From positions 2,976,001-3,040,000 of the forward strand of contig OY969585.1 of the NCBI GenBank assembly GCA_963701295.1: a stretch of 64,000 nucleotides of DNA, read 5' to 3'. A model generated the notes under the pieces. The model worked only from the letters and a program-made list of their open reading frames with translations, had not been told where the DNA came from and searched no databases. The DNA comes from Ignavibacteriota bacterium (lineage in GTDB: Bacteria; Bacteroidota; Ignavibacteria; UBA10030). How positions within the stretch are numbered: position 1 is the stretch's first letter; every line of letters begins with the position of its first letter. Below, piece after piece: positions 44,262-55,019 of the stretch. Both the position numbers and the translations under genes were made by a program.

Positions 44262-45264
44262 TGTTCATCTCATTCAACTTTTCCGTATCGTCAATCAACA
44301 ACTCACGTTTATACCTCGGCAGCCGCTGGAAAAGTTTTGATGCAACAATTCCTGTGATTGTTGCACATCCTGCAGCAAAGATCGATGTGCCAATGATAAC
44401 GCCTATATTCGTCGAGCCAACTGCTGCTCGTATCGCCATCGCTGTCGCTGGAATCAAAATTAATCCGCCGGTATTAATAGCAAGAAACGTCACCATTGCG
44501 TTTGTCGCTGTGCCGATTTTCGGATTGAGCTTATTCAATTCTTCCATTGCCTTCAAGCCTATTGGTGTTGCTGCATTACTCAACCCGAGCATATTCGCTG
44601 CGGTATTCATAATAATGGCGCCTATTGCAGGATGATCGGGAGGCACATCAGGAAATATGCGTTTCGTAATCGGTGCAAGCAATCGCGTGAGAACTTTCAC
44701 TAATCCGGCTTCTTCCGCCACTTTGATGAGACCAAGCCAGAGCGACATTACACCGATAAGTCCGATAGCAATTTCTACCGCGATGTTTGCGAAATCAATT
44801 GCGGCTTGTGTAATTGCTTTCAATTTCACAAATCGTATGGATTCCATTACAATAATTGCTTTTGCCCAGTCATGATCATCTGAAAATTCGATTCTTTCGA
44901 CTTTCCCTGTCAGCTTATCACTCCCCGACGCTGATTTAGCCATATCCTTCCATAACGCTGGCGCTACCTCTGTGCAGGTGAAAATAAAGTTACCGGTTTT
45001 GTTTTGCAGTAATGAAAGTACTGCTGGTTGTTTCACTTCTTCAAGCTGTGATGACGTTCCATAAAAATCGTTAAACTGTTTTGCCGTGAGATAGAATTGT
45101 CCTTCGCATTTTGTTGCCGTTCCTGACGGTACGTGTGAAGAGATGAATATGACTTCCAACGGTGTGCCATTCCGGTAAGTATTTCGGACTTCGTCATTGA
45201 TATCTTTGCCAACACCAACAACAAGCGCAATGACGATGAGGAAAAACCAGATGTAATTCAGCAT
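44254..45264 (-). CDS. spmA: SpmA-like membrane protein with an N-terminal soluble insertion
   Basis: MLNYIW start, LWLG..KVAEEAG, ANMLGL.NAATP.GLKAM.EL, LIP.T. Confidence 0.85.
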   Translation of the reverse strand: MLNYIWFFLIVIALVVGVGKDINDEVRNTYRNGTPLEVIFISSHVPSGTATKCEGQFYLTAKQFNDFYGTSSQLEEVKQPAVLSLLQNKTGNFIFTCTEVAPALWKDMAKSASGSDKLTGKVERIEFSDDHDWAKAIIVMESIRFVKLKAITQAAIDFANIAVEIAIGLIGVMSLWLGLIKVAEEAGLVKVLTRLLAPITKRIFPDVPPDHPAIGAIIMNTAANMLGLSNAATPIGLKAMEELNKLNPKIGTATNAMVTFLAINTGGLILIPATAMAIRAAVGSTNIGVIIGTSIFAAGCATITGIVASKLFQRLPRYKRELLIDDTEKLNEMNNG

Positions 45265-45410
45265 TACACGTCCTGATGTAATTAAAGTCTTCCAGCAGAT
45301 TGCAATGAACTCGCCGTCAAATTATTCTTTTATACTGAGAAAACCAAGTGGAATATTAGGAGGGAGACACGGATCACATAAAAAAACTGAACCATACATA
45401 TAAAATAACT

Positions 45411-46239
45411 GGTAATTAGGTAGAAACGTAACCGAAATAGATTAGAGTAAAGAGTTTCAACAAATTGTCATCGCGATGGTTAAAACGATATTCAACTTCT
45501 TTAAGATACATAGGAAAATGATATTTTGAAACACCGCGATAATTATATAAGACATGTTTAGCAAAAGACTAAAATCCTTCAATACCATTAATATGATTCT
45601 TTGTTTTCGGAAATTTCTTTCCATGACTAATGGTATGATGTTTTCCAAAGCGTTTCAAGGAGCGATAACTACGAAAGGTGTCCGTGAAGTAGACCGATCC
45701 TTTCTTGGTATGTTGTCGAATATGATCCATCAATTCATTGGCCGAGACAGAATCAACAACCTTAGTATAGACCCGTCCATTGCGCTCCAGAAGCCCAAAA
45801 ACGATACTTTTTCCGCCTGCACCGCGTCCTCGTTTGCCTTTGCGACGACCACCAAAATACGCTTCGTCCAATTCTATTTCTCCTTTGAGCTTGCCAGCTT
45901 CAAGTTCGCTCACATGATAAATCGCTTCTCGAATGCGCTGATAGACTCTGGTAACAGTTTTATAATTTATTCCAAGATCATTTGCCAATCGATACGCCGG
46001 TTGCTGTTGATAAAAACCAAGAATGATTTTCAACTCTCGCCGAAGAAGATGACTTCCTTTTTGTCTTTGACACTTGTTGCATTTTACGTAGCCGCGTTTC
46101 GTTCGACAGACGTTGAACGATCCACAATACACACACTTCTTTCCACTCAAAAAGTTGTCATGGTAACTGATTTTACTGGAACTTGCCATAAAATAATATA
46201 CTTACAATTATTCTATGGTTACATTCTTACCTAATTACC
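45411..46239 (-). mobile_element. IS1595-family insertion sequence, 829 bp
   Basis: 23-bp terminal inverted repeats (GGTAATTAGGTA...GTAACC, 20/23 match) and an 8-bp target duplication AAATAACT (45403-10 and 46240-47). Confidence 0.95.
45416..46189 (-). pseudogene. IS1595 DDE transposase with an in-frame TAG at 45569-71
   Basis: N-terminal CxxC...CxxC, ELDEAYFG, FTD, NHINGIEGF*SFAKH...YLKEVEYRFN. The TAG replaces the usual Trp, and the true stop lies inside the inverted repeat. Confidence 0.9.
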
Positions 46240-46316
46240 AAATAACTACAAGTATGGTTCTTGGAAAAAAGGGTTGTTCTTTGTTTCTATTCTGTCTGTT
46301 CTGTCGAAAAAGAGTC

Positions 46317-49300
46317 TTATGTGTTTCTGCGTTTTTGTGTCGATGGCGTCTTACCAACGGGTGGTTGTTCCGTATTTGCTTCTTTGTGATCGGTTATCAT
46401 CGAGTCTGCAGTCTGAATATCATCATCACTTCGAATCTCTCGCTTGAACCGTTCCTCAAATATGGTATAGAGAATAGGAACAAAGAAAAGCGTCAACACG
46501 GTAGAAAATGTCAATCCGCCGATAACAGCAATGGCAAGTGGAGCCTGGGTAGATTCGCCACCCAGCCCGATTGCCATCGGGATCAACCCGAGCACAGTAG
46601 CGAGTGAAGTCATAAGGATCGGTTTCAAGCGTGTCCTGCCGCCGCGTACGACGGCTTCGTGCAATTCAAGGCCGCTTATGCGCAGATGATTCGTATAATC
46701 TACCAGAAGAATGCCATTACTCACTACGATACCGACCATTACGATCACTCCCTGAAACGACGTGACCGAAAGGGTTGTATGCGTAAGGAACAACATCCAC
46801 AAGACGCCGGCAATGCCGAGCGGAACAGTGAACATGATAATAAACGGATCGATGAACGATTGAAATTGTGATGCCATAACGACGTACACCAAAACAATAG
46901 CGAGTAAAAATGCTAAACTTAAATCGCTAAATGTTTTTTTCTGCTGCTCGACATTGCCCGTTTGTTTTATTTCAAATCCTTGCGGTATCTTCATTTGATC
47001 GAGTTTATCCTGAATATCTTTTGCGACGCTTCCCAGGTCACGTCCCGAAACATTTGCGGTCACTTCGACAAGGCGCTGCTGATATTTCCTATCGATCTGC
47101 ACCGGGCCGCTGCGTTTTTCAATCGTTGCAATATTTCCCAGTAGCACTTGTTGCCCGTTTGCCGTTGTGATCGTTAATTGTTTTACGTCTTCGATATGGT
47201 CTCGGAAATCCTGATTGAGACGCACAAGAATATTATATTGATTGCCGGAAATCGGATCGGTGTACAACGACGCGACAGTTCCAGCCATACATGTATAGAT
47301 CGTATTGGAAATTCCCGCAACATCGATTCCCAGTACGCCTGCTTTATTGCGGTCGATGTTAATATGAAGTTCAGGTAGATTATCATCACGTGAGATCTGT
47401 ACGTCCACAGCACCCTGGGTCGAGCGAACAATTTGAGAAATTTCCCTTGCCAGTGAACTTCCGGTCTCAAGATCGAACCCGCGTATTTCAACATCAATGG
47501 GAGCGTTAGAACCGAAGTTCAGCAGATAGCGCAATATGCCGCCAGGATTTAAAAACACCTGTACACCCGGCAGTCTCGCCAATTTGCGCCGAACATCAGC
47601 AGCAATTTCAAACACCGACCGACTTCGCTGTTCTAAAGGTACAAGGCCTACCTGAATATTTCCCGCATGACTTCCGGAATTACCTCCGCCTCCGATTCCT
47701 GAAGCTGTCTTGGTATTTGTGGTAATACCGACATCGGTAACGAGAACCTGTGTTTCAGGGACTGACGAAAGAATGATTTTTTCCATTTGCCGCGCTACCG
47801 AATCCGTTTTTTCATATCGTGAACCGACAGGCAGTTTAAAGGACGCCGTAAATCTGCTTTCATCCTGATCCGGGAAAAATTCTGTGCCGATGAACGCAAA
47901 AAGACCCATCGACAATGCCGAAAAGAGAACAATGCTGATGACAATCGTTTTCCGGTGCTGCATCGTCCACCGAAGGCACGTTTCATAGAATGATTCGATC
48001 TTTTCAATCATACCGTGAAAATATATTCTCGTACGATCTGAGAACTTTTTCGATGTCCTATCCAATTCCTTTTCCGGCGGAAGATAATTCATGCACATCA
48101 GCGGCGTGACCGTTCGTGAAACGAAGAACGATCCGAATAGCGCCACGGCAATCGTTATCGTGAGAGGAATAAAGAGAAGCTTTGCAATGCCACTCAGGAA
48201 TACGACAGGTAAAAAGACAATAACAGTTGTCAGCGTAGAAATAAAAATTGGCGCGGCAACTTCCTTTGCTGCACCTAAAGTCGCATCAAGGCGCGATTCG
48301 CCTTTCTTGCGCATGTTATAATGGCGCGAGATCGCTTCCAGCTCGACAATAGAATCATCTACAAGCCTCCCGACCGCAAGTGCGAGTCCACCAAATGTCA
48401 TAATATTGAGGGTAATGTTTCCGAAGCGGAATAAAATAAATGTGATAAGTATGGACAGCGGAATAGCAACAACGATAATTAGCGTACCACGAATATTACG
48501 AAGAAAGATAATGATGATAATCATTGCGAGAATGCCGCCGAGCATTGCTTCTCTCTGCAATCCGGAAATCGTCTGCCGTATATAAACAGATAGATCGAAC
48601 GTGACTGTCATTTTTACGGAAGAAGGAATACCTGTCAGCTTTGGAATCCCGCGCATCACATTATCGACAACTTCCACAGTATTTGCGCTCGAAAGCTTCA
48701 GAACACGCATCACGACACCAGCTTTGCCGTTGACACGCACAATTTCCGTCTGTTCCTGATAACTGTCGTCAACCGAACCGATGTCTTTTAGTCGTATAGG
48801 GACACCATTAACTGTTTTCACGACAATATTTTCCATCGGCTTAACGACATTAAAGAGGCTTTCAGTCTTCAAAGTGTAATCGAACGGGCCTGTTTTGAGG
48901 TCACCCGATGGAATGATGAGGTTGGAATTTGCCACAACGGTTAAAACGGTTTGCACAGGAATATTCATTGCCTGGATTCTATTGCGGTCGAGCGTCACAT
49001 GAATTTCTCGAATTCTTCCGCCTGAAACAGCAGCTGAAGCAACACCGTCGATATGTTCGATCTGCGGCTCAATAATATTGAACGCCAGATCATAGAGATC
49101 GCGCTGATCCATATCGCCTTCAACAGCAACGACGCAAACCGGAAGGCTCGTAATGTCGAACCGCAATACTGAAGGCTGCGAAATACCCGTCGGTAATTGA
49201 TTAATGATGCGATTGACACGCTGCACACAATCCACAAGCCCGACATCGGTGTTTGCATCCCAATTAAAATATCACGCGTACCTGTGAAATTCCCTCACGC

Positions 49301-49551
49301 GTTGAAGACTGAACGTAATCGACATCATTAATGGAACTGACGCTTCGCTCAATGAGGCGCGTTACGCTCTGCTCCATATCGAGAGGGCTGGCACCGGTAT
49401 AATACGTTACAGTGGTAACAACCGGAATGGTAATATTCGGTAGCATATCGATGGGAAGCTGTGAGAATGAAACAAATCCCAACAAAACAATTGTGAGCGC
49501 GAAGAGAAACGTTGAAATCGGATAACGAAGCGCAAGTCTAGTAAGCCACAT
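46317..49551 (-). CDS. RND efflux permease (AcrB/AcrD/AcrF family); +1 frameshift near 49267
   Basis: LPIDMLP, GASP..ME, AVGRLVDDSIV, SNGILLVD, RLKPILMT. The N-terminal ORF joins the main ORF across one extra base. Confidence 0.92.
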
Positions 49552-49566
49552 AAATTATAAACCGTT

Positions 49567-50625
49567 TTACTTTTGAATAGTAAGAGTCGTGCCTTCTTTA
49601 ACAAATTGCTGACCTGTTGTGATAACGTCTTCATCGCCGTTCAAACCCGTGAGAATTTCGGTATGTGAATTATTTTCGTTGCCAATAGTTAATTCGAATT
49701 GATGTGCTTTCTTTCCATCCGAAATAAAAACAAAATATCCATTATCATCTTTTAATAAATCATCCGACGACAGTGTAAGGGCATCAGGCCGTTCACTGAC
49801 GATAAATGAGATGGTCGCAAACATACCGGGCTTGATGATACGGGAATGATTGGGAATGTCCACTTCAATCGGCATCGTGCGTGTTGTCAGATCGACGGCT
49901 TCACTGAAACGGCTGACATATCCGATAAATTCCTGATTCGGTAATGCATCGAGCGTCACTTTTGCTGTCCGCACGTGATACATTTGCGACAAATCTTTTT
50001 CTGGTACATACACTATAATCTTTACGCTATCGAGGTACATCATTGTAAAAAGTGTTGAAGTGCTTGCATCGACCAGCGCACCGGCATCTAAGAATCTTCT
50101 CGTAACAAAGCCGTTGAACGGGGCAACGATGTGTGCATAACTGAGATGCGTTGCTGCCGCATCATAATTTGCTTTTGCGACTTTCATCGCCGCTTCGGCA
50201 TTATCCACATCTTGTTTTGCCGAAAGATTTCTTTCAAAAAGCTGCTTCGCACGTTCGAACAACAAGGATGTATTTTGGAACGTCGCATTGGTCTGCTGAT
50301 ATTGCTGGAATAATTCTGTCGTATCGATCAGGGCGAGCAATTGATTGCTTCGAACGTACGTTCCCATTTCGACATAGTTGTGTTCCAAGTTTCCGCTCAC
50401 TTTCGAATAGATAGTCGCTTGTTGCAAGGGAAGAATATCACCAGTGTATGTAAAGATTGTTCTCATTGTTTCCTTAAACGGTTTCTGGACTTTCACAATC
50501 GCTATGCCCAGCCGCCGCGGGTCCATCGCCGATGATGTCAAGGTAATCCGTAACACCACAATGAGAAGAAGGATAACAATTATTCCACCGATAATAAAAT
50601 ATTTCTTTTTCGTTCCCATATTCAT
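49567..50625 (-). CDS. RND membrane fusion protein
   Basis: N-terminal anchor, lipoyl half-motifs, IVAPFNG.V, IKPGMF. Confidence 0.93.
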   Translation of the reverse strand: MNMGTKKKYFIIGGIIVILLLIVVLRITLTSSAMDPRRLGIAIVKVQKPFKETMRTIFTYTGDILPLQQATIYSKVSGNLEHNYVEMGTYVRSNQLLALIDTTELFQQYQQTNATFQNTSLLFERAKQLFERNLSAKQDVDNAEAAMKVAKANYDAAATHLSYAHIVAPFNGFVTRRFLDAGALVDASTSTLFTMMYLDSVKIIVYVPEKDLSQMYHVRTAKVTLDALPNQEFIGYVSRFSEAVDLTTRTMPIEVDIPNHSRIIKPGMFATISFIVSERPDALTLSSDDLLKDDNGYFVFISDGKKAHQFELTIGNENNSHTEILTGLNGDEDVITTGQQFVKEGTTLTIQK

Positions 50626-50756
50626 TGATTTATTTTTTATCCTTTATATTTCCTATATATTGAAAACTGCTATTGTTTCAAGCGGACGGAATTTATACTT
50701 CTTCTTACATTCCGCTTCGAGACTAATTTTCTTATGATTTAATTTCACAAGCCATC

Positions 50757-51122
50757 TTATTTCTTAGCTGTTTCTTGTTCCCGCCTTTTTGCTTCCCGTT
50801 CATTCATTTCCTGAATCACACCATCAAATAATTTATTTTGTTCGGCACCCAGGAACTTGCGTATTTCCATCTGGGTTGTATCGCGCATCGCAAACAATTG
50901 TTTTCGATATACATCCATCTGCTGCCGACGGATTTCGAGGAGAGAATCCACTTGTGCGATTTGGTGCTCATCGAGGTGCAATCGCTCAGCCAAAATTTTT
51001 TGAAAATCACCCGGCATGTGTTCTGGTTTCATAAAAACATGATCCTTTATAAACCATCCGCAGAATATTCCAAGAGTAAAGCTGAGAAGGATAAATAGAA
51101 TTGTTTTCGTTTTTGGTTGCAT
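50757..51122 (-). CDS. Membrane-anchored helical periplasmic protein (Spy/CpxP/metal-sensor-like)
   Basis: TM helix then L.L...Q and L..EQ...F repeats; lies in the ECF operon. Confidence 0.6.
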   Translation of the reverse strand: MQPKTKTILFILLSFTLGIFCGWFIKDHVFMKPEHMPGDFQKILAERLHLDEHQIAQVDSLLEIRRQQMDVYRKQLFAMRDTTQMEIRKFLGAEQNKLFDGVIQEMNEREAKRREQETAKK

Positions 51123-51140
51123 AGGTGCCTCATTCGAACA

Positions 51141-51596
51141 TTACTTCGTCATAACTGCATATAACAGATCACTCTTCGAAAGATGGTCTTGTTGTAACAA
51201 CACGCGTGTTGTTACAGAATCAGTAAAATATCCGTTTAATAATTGATCTTCAGTGAAACCAGAGGAAGTACCGATAGTACTGGTCAACATGAATGTCACA
51301 AGAACGACAATCGCAAGCGCAAAGAATGTATTGCGTGCTAACGGCTCAACGCCAAGCCATTCCTTCACCTGTTCATCGCGTCTTTCTATGGAGTGCAATA
51401 CATGTGCTGTAAAAGTGTATGGAAGATCTGCTTCACCAAGTGCTCGGATTTCTTCTTTTATTTTATTTGCATGCTCAATAAATTCTTGGCACTCGGTGCA
51501 AACATTAATATGCGATAGTACCGTTTCCTTGTCGGTCTCACTCACTTCGTCATCTAAATAGGATGACACAAGTAATTGCATTTTTTTGTGTTTCAT
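51141..51596 (-). CDS. Anti-sigma factor (zf-HC2)
   Basis: SYLD.E, HxxxCxxC, single TM; overlaps the sigma gene stop. Confidence 0.88.
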   Translation of the reverse strand: MKHKKMQLLVSSYLDDEVSETDKETVLSHINVCTECQEFIEHANKIKEEIRALGEADLPYTFTAHVLHSIERRDEQVKEWLGVEPLARNTFFALAIVVLVTFMLTSTIGTSSGFTEDQLLNGYFTDSVTTRVLLQQDHLSKSDLLYAVMTK

Positions 51597-52171
51597 GTTC
51601 GCTCCTCGAAATAATCACTCAAGAAATTCTTGAGTTCCATCCGTGCACGGAAAATGCGCGATTTTACAGCTTCCAGACGCAAGCCTAATGTTTCAGCAAT
51701 TTCATTATAAGACAAATCTTGATATTCCCGCAGCACAAGAACTTCTCGATGTTCCGGTGTAAGCCGCTGCAATGCGGATTGAATCACTTGCCGCTTTTCC
51801 TCTGTCAATACCGAATCAGATGCCATTGTATGGTCCTTACTCTTACGACTCTTTTCCAAAGTGTCTTCAGTCAAATAATCCAATGACAACACCCGCCTGA
51901 TTTTCCGCTTCCTAATTTCATCAATGCATAAGTTCATGGTAATCCGATAAAGCCATGAAAAGAACGATGCATCGAACTTAAACTTCGGCAACGAACGATA
52001 TACTCGAATAAACACTTCTTGTGCAATATCATCCACGTCATCACGGTTGCCCATGGTCAGGTAAATCAAGTTTGCCACCTGACGCTGATAACGCTGCACA
52101 AGCGATTCAAATGCCTGATGATCACCAGCCTGTATTGATCGAATAAGTGTGAAATCGTCAGTCACCGTCAT
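51593..52171 (-). CDS. ECF RNA polymerase sigma factor (RpoE-like)
   Basis: D..QEVF, F.SWLYRI..N, region 4 SY.EIA.......VKSRIFRAR. Confidence 0.95.
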   Translation of the reverse strand: MTVTDDFTLIRSIQAGDHQAFESLVQRYQRQVANLIYLTMGNRDDVDDIAQEVFIRVYRSLPKFKFDASFFSWLYRITMNLCIDEIRKRKIRRVLSLDYLTEDTLEKSRKSKDHTMASDSVLTEEKRQVIQSALQRLTPEHREVLVLREYQDLSYNEIAETLGLRLEAVKSRIFRARMELKNFLSDYFEERT

Positions 52172-52304
52172 ATCAGCTTCTGTGTAATAAACGCTTGAGG
52201 CCTTAAATTGTTTCTAAATATAAGTCGAATTCTATCCGAACTGAAAATAAAGCCTAATCTCCAAGCCCCTTAGATTGGGCTGATAGCAGTTTAGTTTTAT
52301 ACAC

Positions 52305-53414
52305 TCAATCCATAACTTGCTCAATGACACCCCCGCACAATAAATCATCGCCGTCATAAACAACTACGGATTGTCCAGGAGTAATTGCGCGCTTGGGCTG
52401 ATCAAATGTCACTCGAATTTTTCCCGATTCTTCAAGTGATACGAGCGCGTTTGTCCCTTCATCCTTATATCTGACTTTTGCCTGCACGTGCATACCGCCC
52501 TCAAATCCGGTTACGCAGCCCCAATTTACTTGATCGGCAATAAGCGTTCGGTGATGAAGTTCATCATCTGGTCCAATTCTAATGATATTGGTCTGGCTTT
52601 CGATAGCAGTAACATACATCTTCTGTCTATGTGCACCGATATTCCTGCGTTGACCGATAGTATAGAACGGATAGCCGTGGTGCTTTCCTACGACTTTTCC
52701 ATTCTGTACAATATCACCGCCAGAAACTCGTTCCTGCAAATTAGGAACGCGCTCGTTTAAAAAACGTTCATACCGGTCGTCCGGTACAAAACAGATTTCA
52801 AAACTTTCTCGTTTCCGTGCATTGATCAACCCATGCTGTTCAGCAAGAACTCTCACTTCTGGCTTCGATAACTCGCCGATCGGAAACATCGTCTTACTCA
52901 ACGAGACCTGTGGCACAGCCCAGAGTGCGTATGATTGATCTTTTTCACCATATTTGCCACGAGAAAGAATATAGCGACTGCTTTTTTCATTATATCGAAT
53001 TCGTGCATAGTGCCCTGTTGCGATATATCGTGCTCCAATCTCCTCTGCTTTTTTCAACAAGGCACCCCATTTAATTTCCCTATTACAGATAACGCATGGA
53101 TTGGGAGTCCGTCCTTTCATGTATTCATCAATGAAATTTTTAATAACAACCTCATTGAATTCTTCACGATAATTCACAACGTAATGCGGAAACCCCAATT
53201 TGTCAGCGACAGTGTGCGCATCGATAACTGCACTCTGATCGCAGCAATTTCCTTCATTTCTGATATTGCCGCCGACCTCTATATAGTCGTACGTCTTCAT
53301 CGTAATACCGATGACGTTATAGCCCTCTTTGACTAATAATGCTGCCGCCACTGAAGAATCCACTCCACCGCTCATACCTACTGCAACTGTTATATTTTTT
53401 TTGTCTTCATTCAT
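52305..53414 (-). CDS. mnmA: tRNA 2-thiouridylase MnmA
   Basis: MSGGVDSS, TPNPC..CN, ATGHYA, KDQSY, TIGQR, ITPGQ. Confidence 0.97.
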   Translation of the reverse strand: MNEDKKNITVAVGMSGGVDSSVAAALLVKEGYNVIGITMKTYDYIEVGGNIRNEGNCCDQSAVIDAHTVADKLGFPHYVVNYREEFNEVVIKNFIDEYMKGRTPNPCVICNREIKWGALLKKAEEIGARYIATGHYARIRYNEKSSRYILSRGKYGEKDQSYALWAVPQVSLSKTMFPIGELSKPEVRVLAEQHGLINARKRESFEICFVPDDRYERFLNERVPNLQERVSGGDIVQNGKVVGKHHGYPFYTIGQRRNIGAHRQKMYVTAIESQTNIIRIGPDDELHHRTLIADQVNWGCVTGFEGGMHVQAKVRYKDEGTNALVSLEESGKIRVTFDQPKRAITPGQSVVVYDGDDLLCGGVIEQVMD

Positions 53415-53539
53415 TTCTTTTTTAAGATACTAAACTATTTCTCTGCGTTCAAAAGCGACAAACGGGCTGCAGAGTATCTCTTCAGTCCATTTGTTCAACA
53501 TCATTTTAGGTATAAAAGGTTTCAGAGAAGAAGTCCTCT

Positions 53540-53740
53540 AGGGTTGGAAGAGAATTGTCTTGCCCACCCATCTTCGTGGTGGGACTCCCTCCTAACTTGG
53601 ATTGGCTCCACAAGACTCTGATTTTCACACTCTACTGTAGTGTCCGACACTCCGTCAGATATTTAAGCTCAGCTCTTCCATTCATCCTACCCTTGTTGAA
53701 GTGCTGTCAGGAATTTCTTCCTGATGTTTTCCCTTTTCTT
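53540..53740. ncRNA. Candidate structured non-coding element (multi-branch) with a downstream hairpin
   Basis: Nested complementary segments TGGAAGAG/CTCTTCCA, GTCTTG/CAAGAC, CCCACC/GGTGGG, ACACT/AGTGT in a 417-bp intergenic gap. Confidence 0.4.
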
Positions 53741-53831
53741 GGTTTAATTAGCAACTGATGTAATTAGGAATAGCGTGATTTGCATCTCTATTGCAAAACT
53801 ATCTCAAGTCTCCCATTCAAGTTCGATACTG

Positions 53832-54737
53832 TCAATGAGCCACACCGAGACTATCGAGATCTTTCAAAACTTGTTCTTTGTTTCCCCAGTCGCTCCAGAG
53901 AACCCCCTCCACACGCAGAACAAACAAACTTTCGGGAATTACTTCAAGCACACATTTAGAAAAATTCATCGATGGAATGCTTTCAAAGGCATTCACAATA
54001 AATTGTTCTTCTTTATCTGTTCCGTATACCGATTTTGCTTTCTTAAAAGCATCGTAAATAACCTCTAAGTGCTGGCGGTACATTTTCACGAGCGTCTCGC
54101 ATTTCGCTGTAAGCACCAATGAATTCCACAGACCTCCCGTATTGAAAAACTGCTGTGCCTCTTCCAGTTTCGGTTTTTCACAAAAGCGAACTACTTTGTA
54201 GAAACGATTCCCTTCGTGCAACAAGAAATTCTTACTCGGTTCAATCCAGCCATATTGCAAATTAGCATCAGTGGGTTTTATTCCCAACAATACTACAAAG
54301 TCTGGATGTTTCCCTACAAACGATATTGCACGCTCCACATAGCTCAGAAATCGGTCTTCTTCCCCGATAAAATGATCGGAAGGAAAAATTGCAACAACGG
54401 CTTCAGGATCGCGAAAGTAAATATGCGACAGAGCAAGATATACACTTGCTGCCGACTCTCGATTTTCCGGAGCAACAAGGAGAGCTTTGCGCTCGCGCTC
54501 TTTAATCTCTTCCTGTACATAGTTCCGATGATTGCGATTAACAACGATCTGAAGTTGTTTTGCGGGAATGATTTTCTCTACACGATCCAGTGTGTGACGC
54601 AGCATGGATCGCTTACCAATAATGACAGAATATTGCTTGGGACGCTCTACACCGTACCGCTTGCGAATAAAATCCTGCAGGCGCCTCCCTTCCCCCCCGG
54701 CAAGAACGATTCCCCAAAGATGATCTATACTCGACAT
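53832..54737 (-). CDS. Mannose-1-phosphate guanylyltransferase-like nucleotidyltransferase
   Basis: LAGG.G.RL, RPKQY, P.NR, PSDH, YGWI, EKP, WSDWG. Confidence 0.88.
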   Translation of the reverse strand: MSSIDHLWGIVLAGGEGRRLQDFIRKRYGVERPKQYSVIIGKRSMLRHTLDRVEKIIPAKQLQIVVNRNHRNYVQEEIKERERKALLVAPENRESAASVYLALSHIYFRDPEAVVAIFPSDHFIGEEDRFLSYVERAISFVGKHPDFVVLLGIKPTDANLQYGWIEPSKNFLLHEGNRFYKVVRFCEKPKLEEAQQFFNTGGLWNSLVLTAKCETLVKMYRQHLEVIYDAFKKAKSVYGTDKEEQFIVNAFESIPSMNFSKCVLEVIPESLFVLRVEGVLWSDWGNKEQVLKDLDSLGVAH

Positions 54738-55019
54738 ATGGCGTATCTATTTTGTGGGCTCTATTCACACACTGCATTTTTGTATAAGCGCATTTTACAG
54801 TGTATTACCTTCACAAGAAATGTAGGAAAGAACTTACAATGACGCAAGAGTTGGCCGATGCAAAGATTTAGAATGATTTAAATTAAACACATAAGGGTTA
54901 CAACAGGAGGAATCGTCCTTCACTTGCAACAGTACATTCTTCGATTGAACTCACATGAAATACATCGGAGAAGCGGTGCAACGATGACGTTATCCTCTAC
55001 CTCTCCAAAAAGGAACCCG

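Noticed and set aside
45357-45367. 11-nt TTAGGAGGGAG match to the reverse complement near 53585-53596
   Set aside because: Too short and purine-biased, and the flanks do not align
45569-45571. Amber read-through or recoded genetic code
   Set aside because: TAG is used as a normal stop elsewhere (rpiB, glyA), and no pyl genes or suppressor tRNA are seen
45554-46234. 226-aa plus-strand ORF
   Set aside because: Antisense shadow of the IS1595 transposase with no independent motifs
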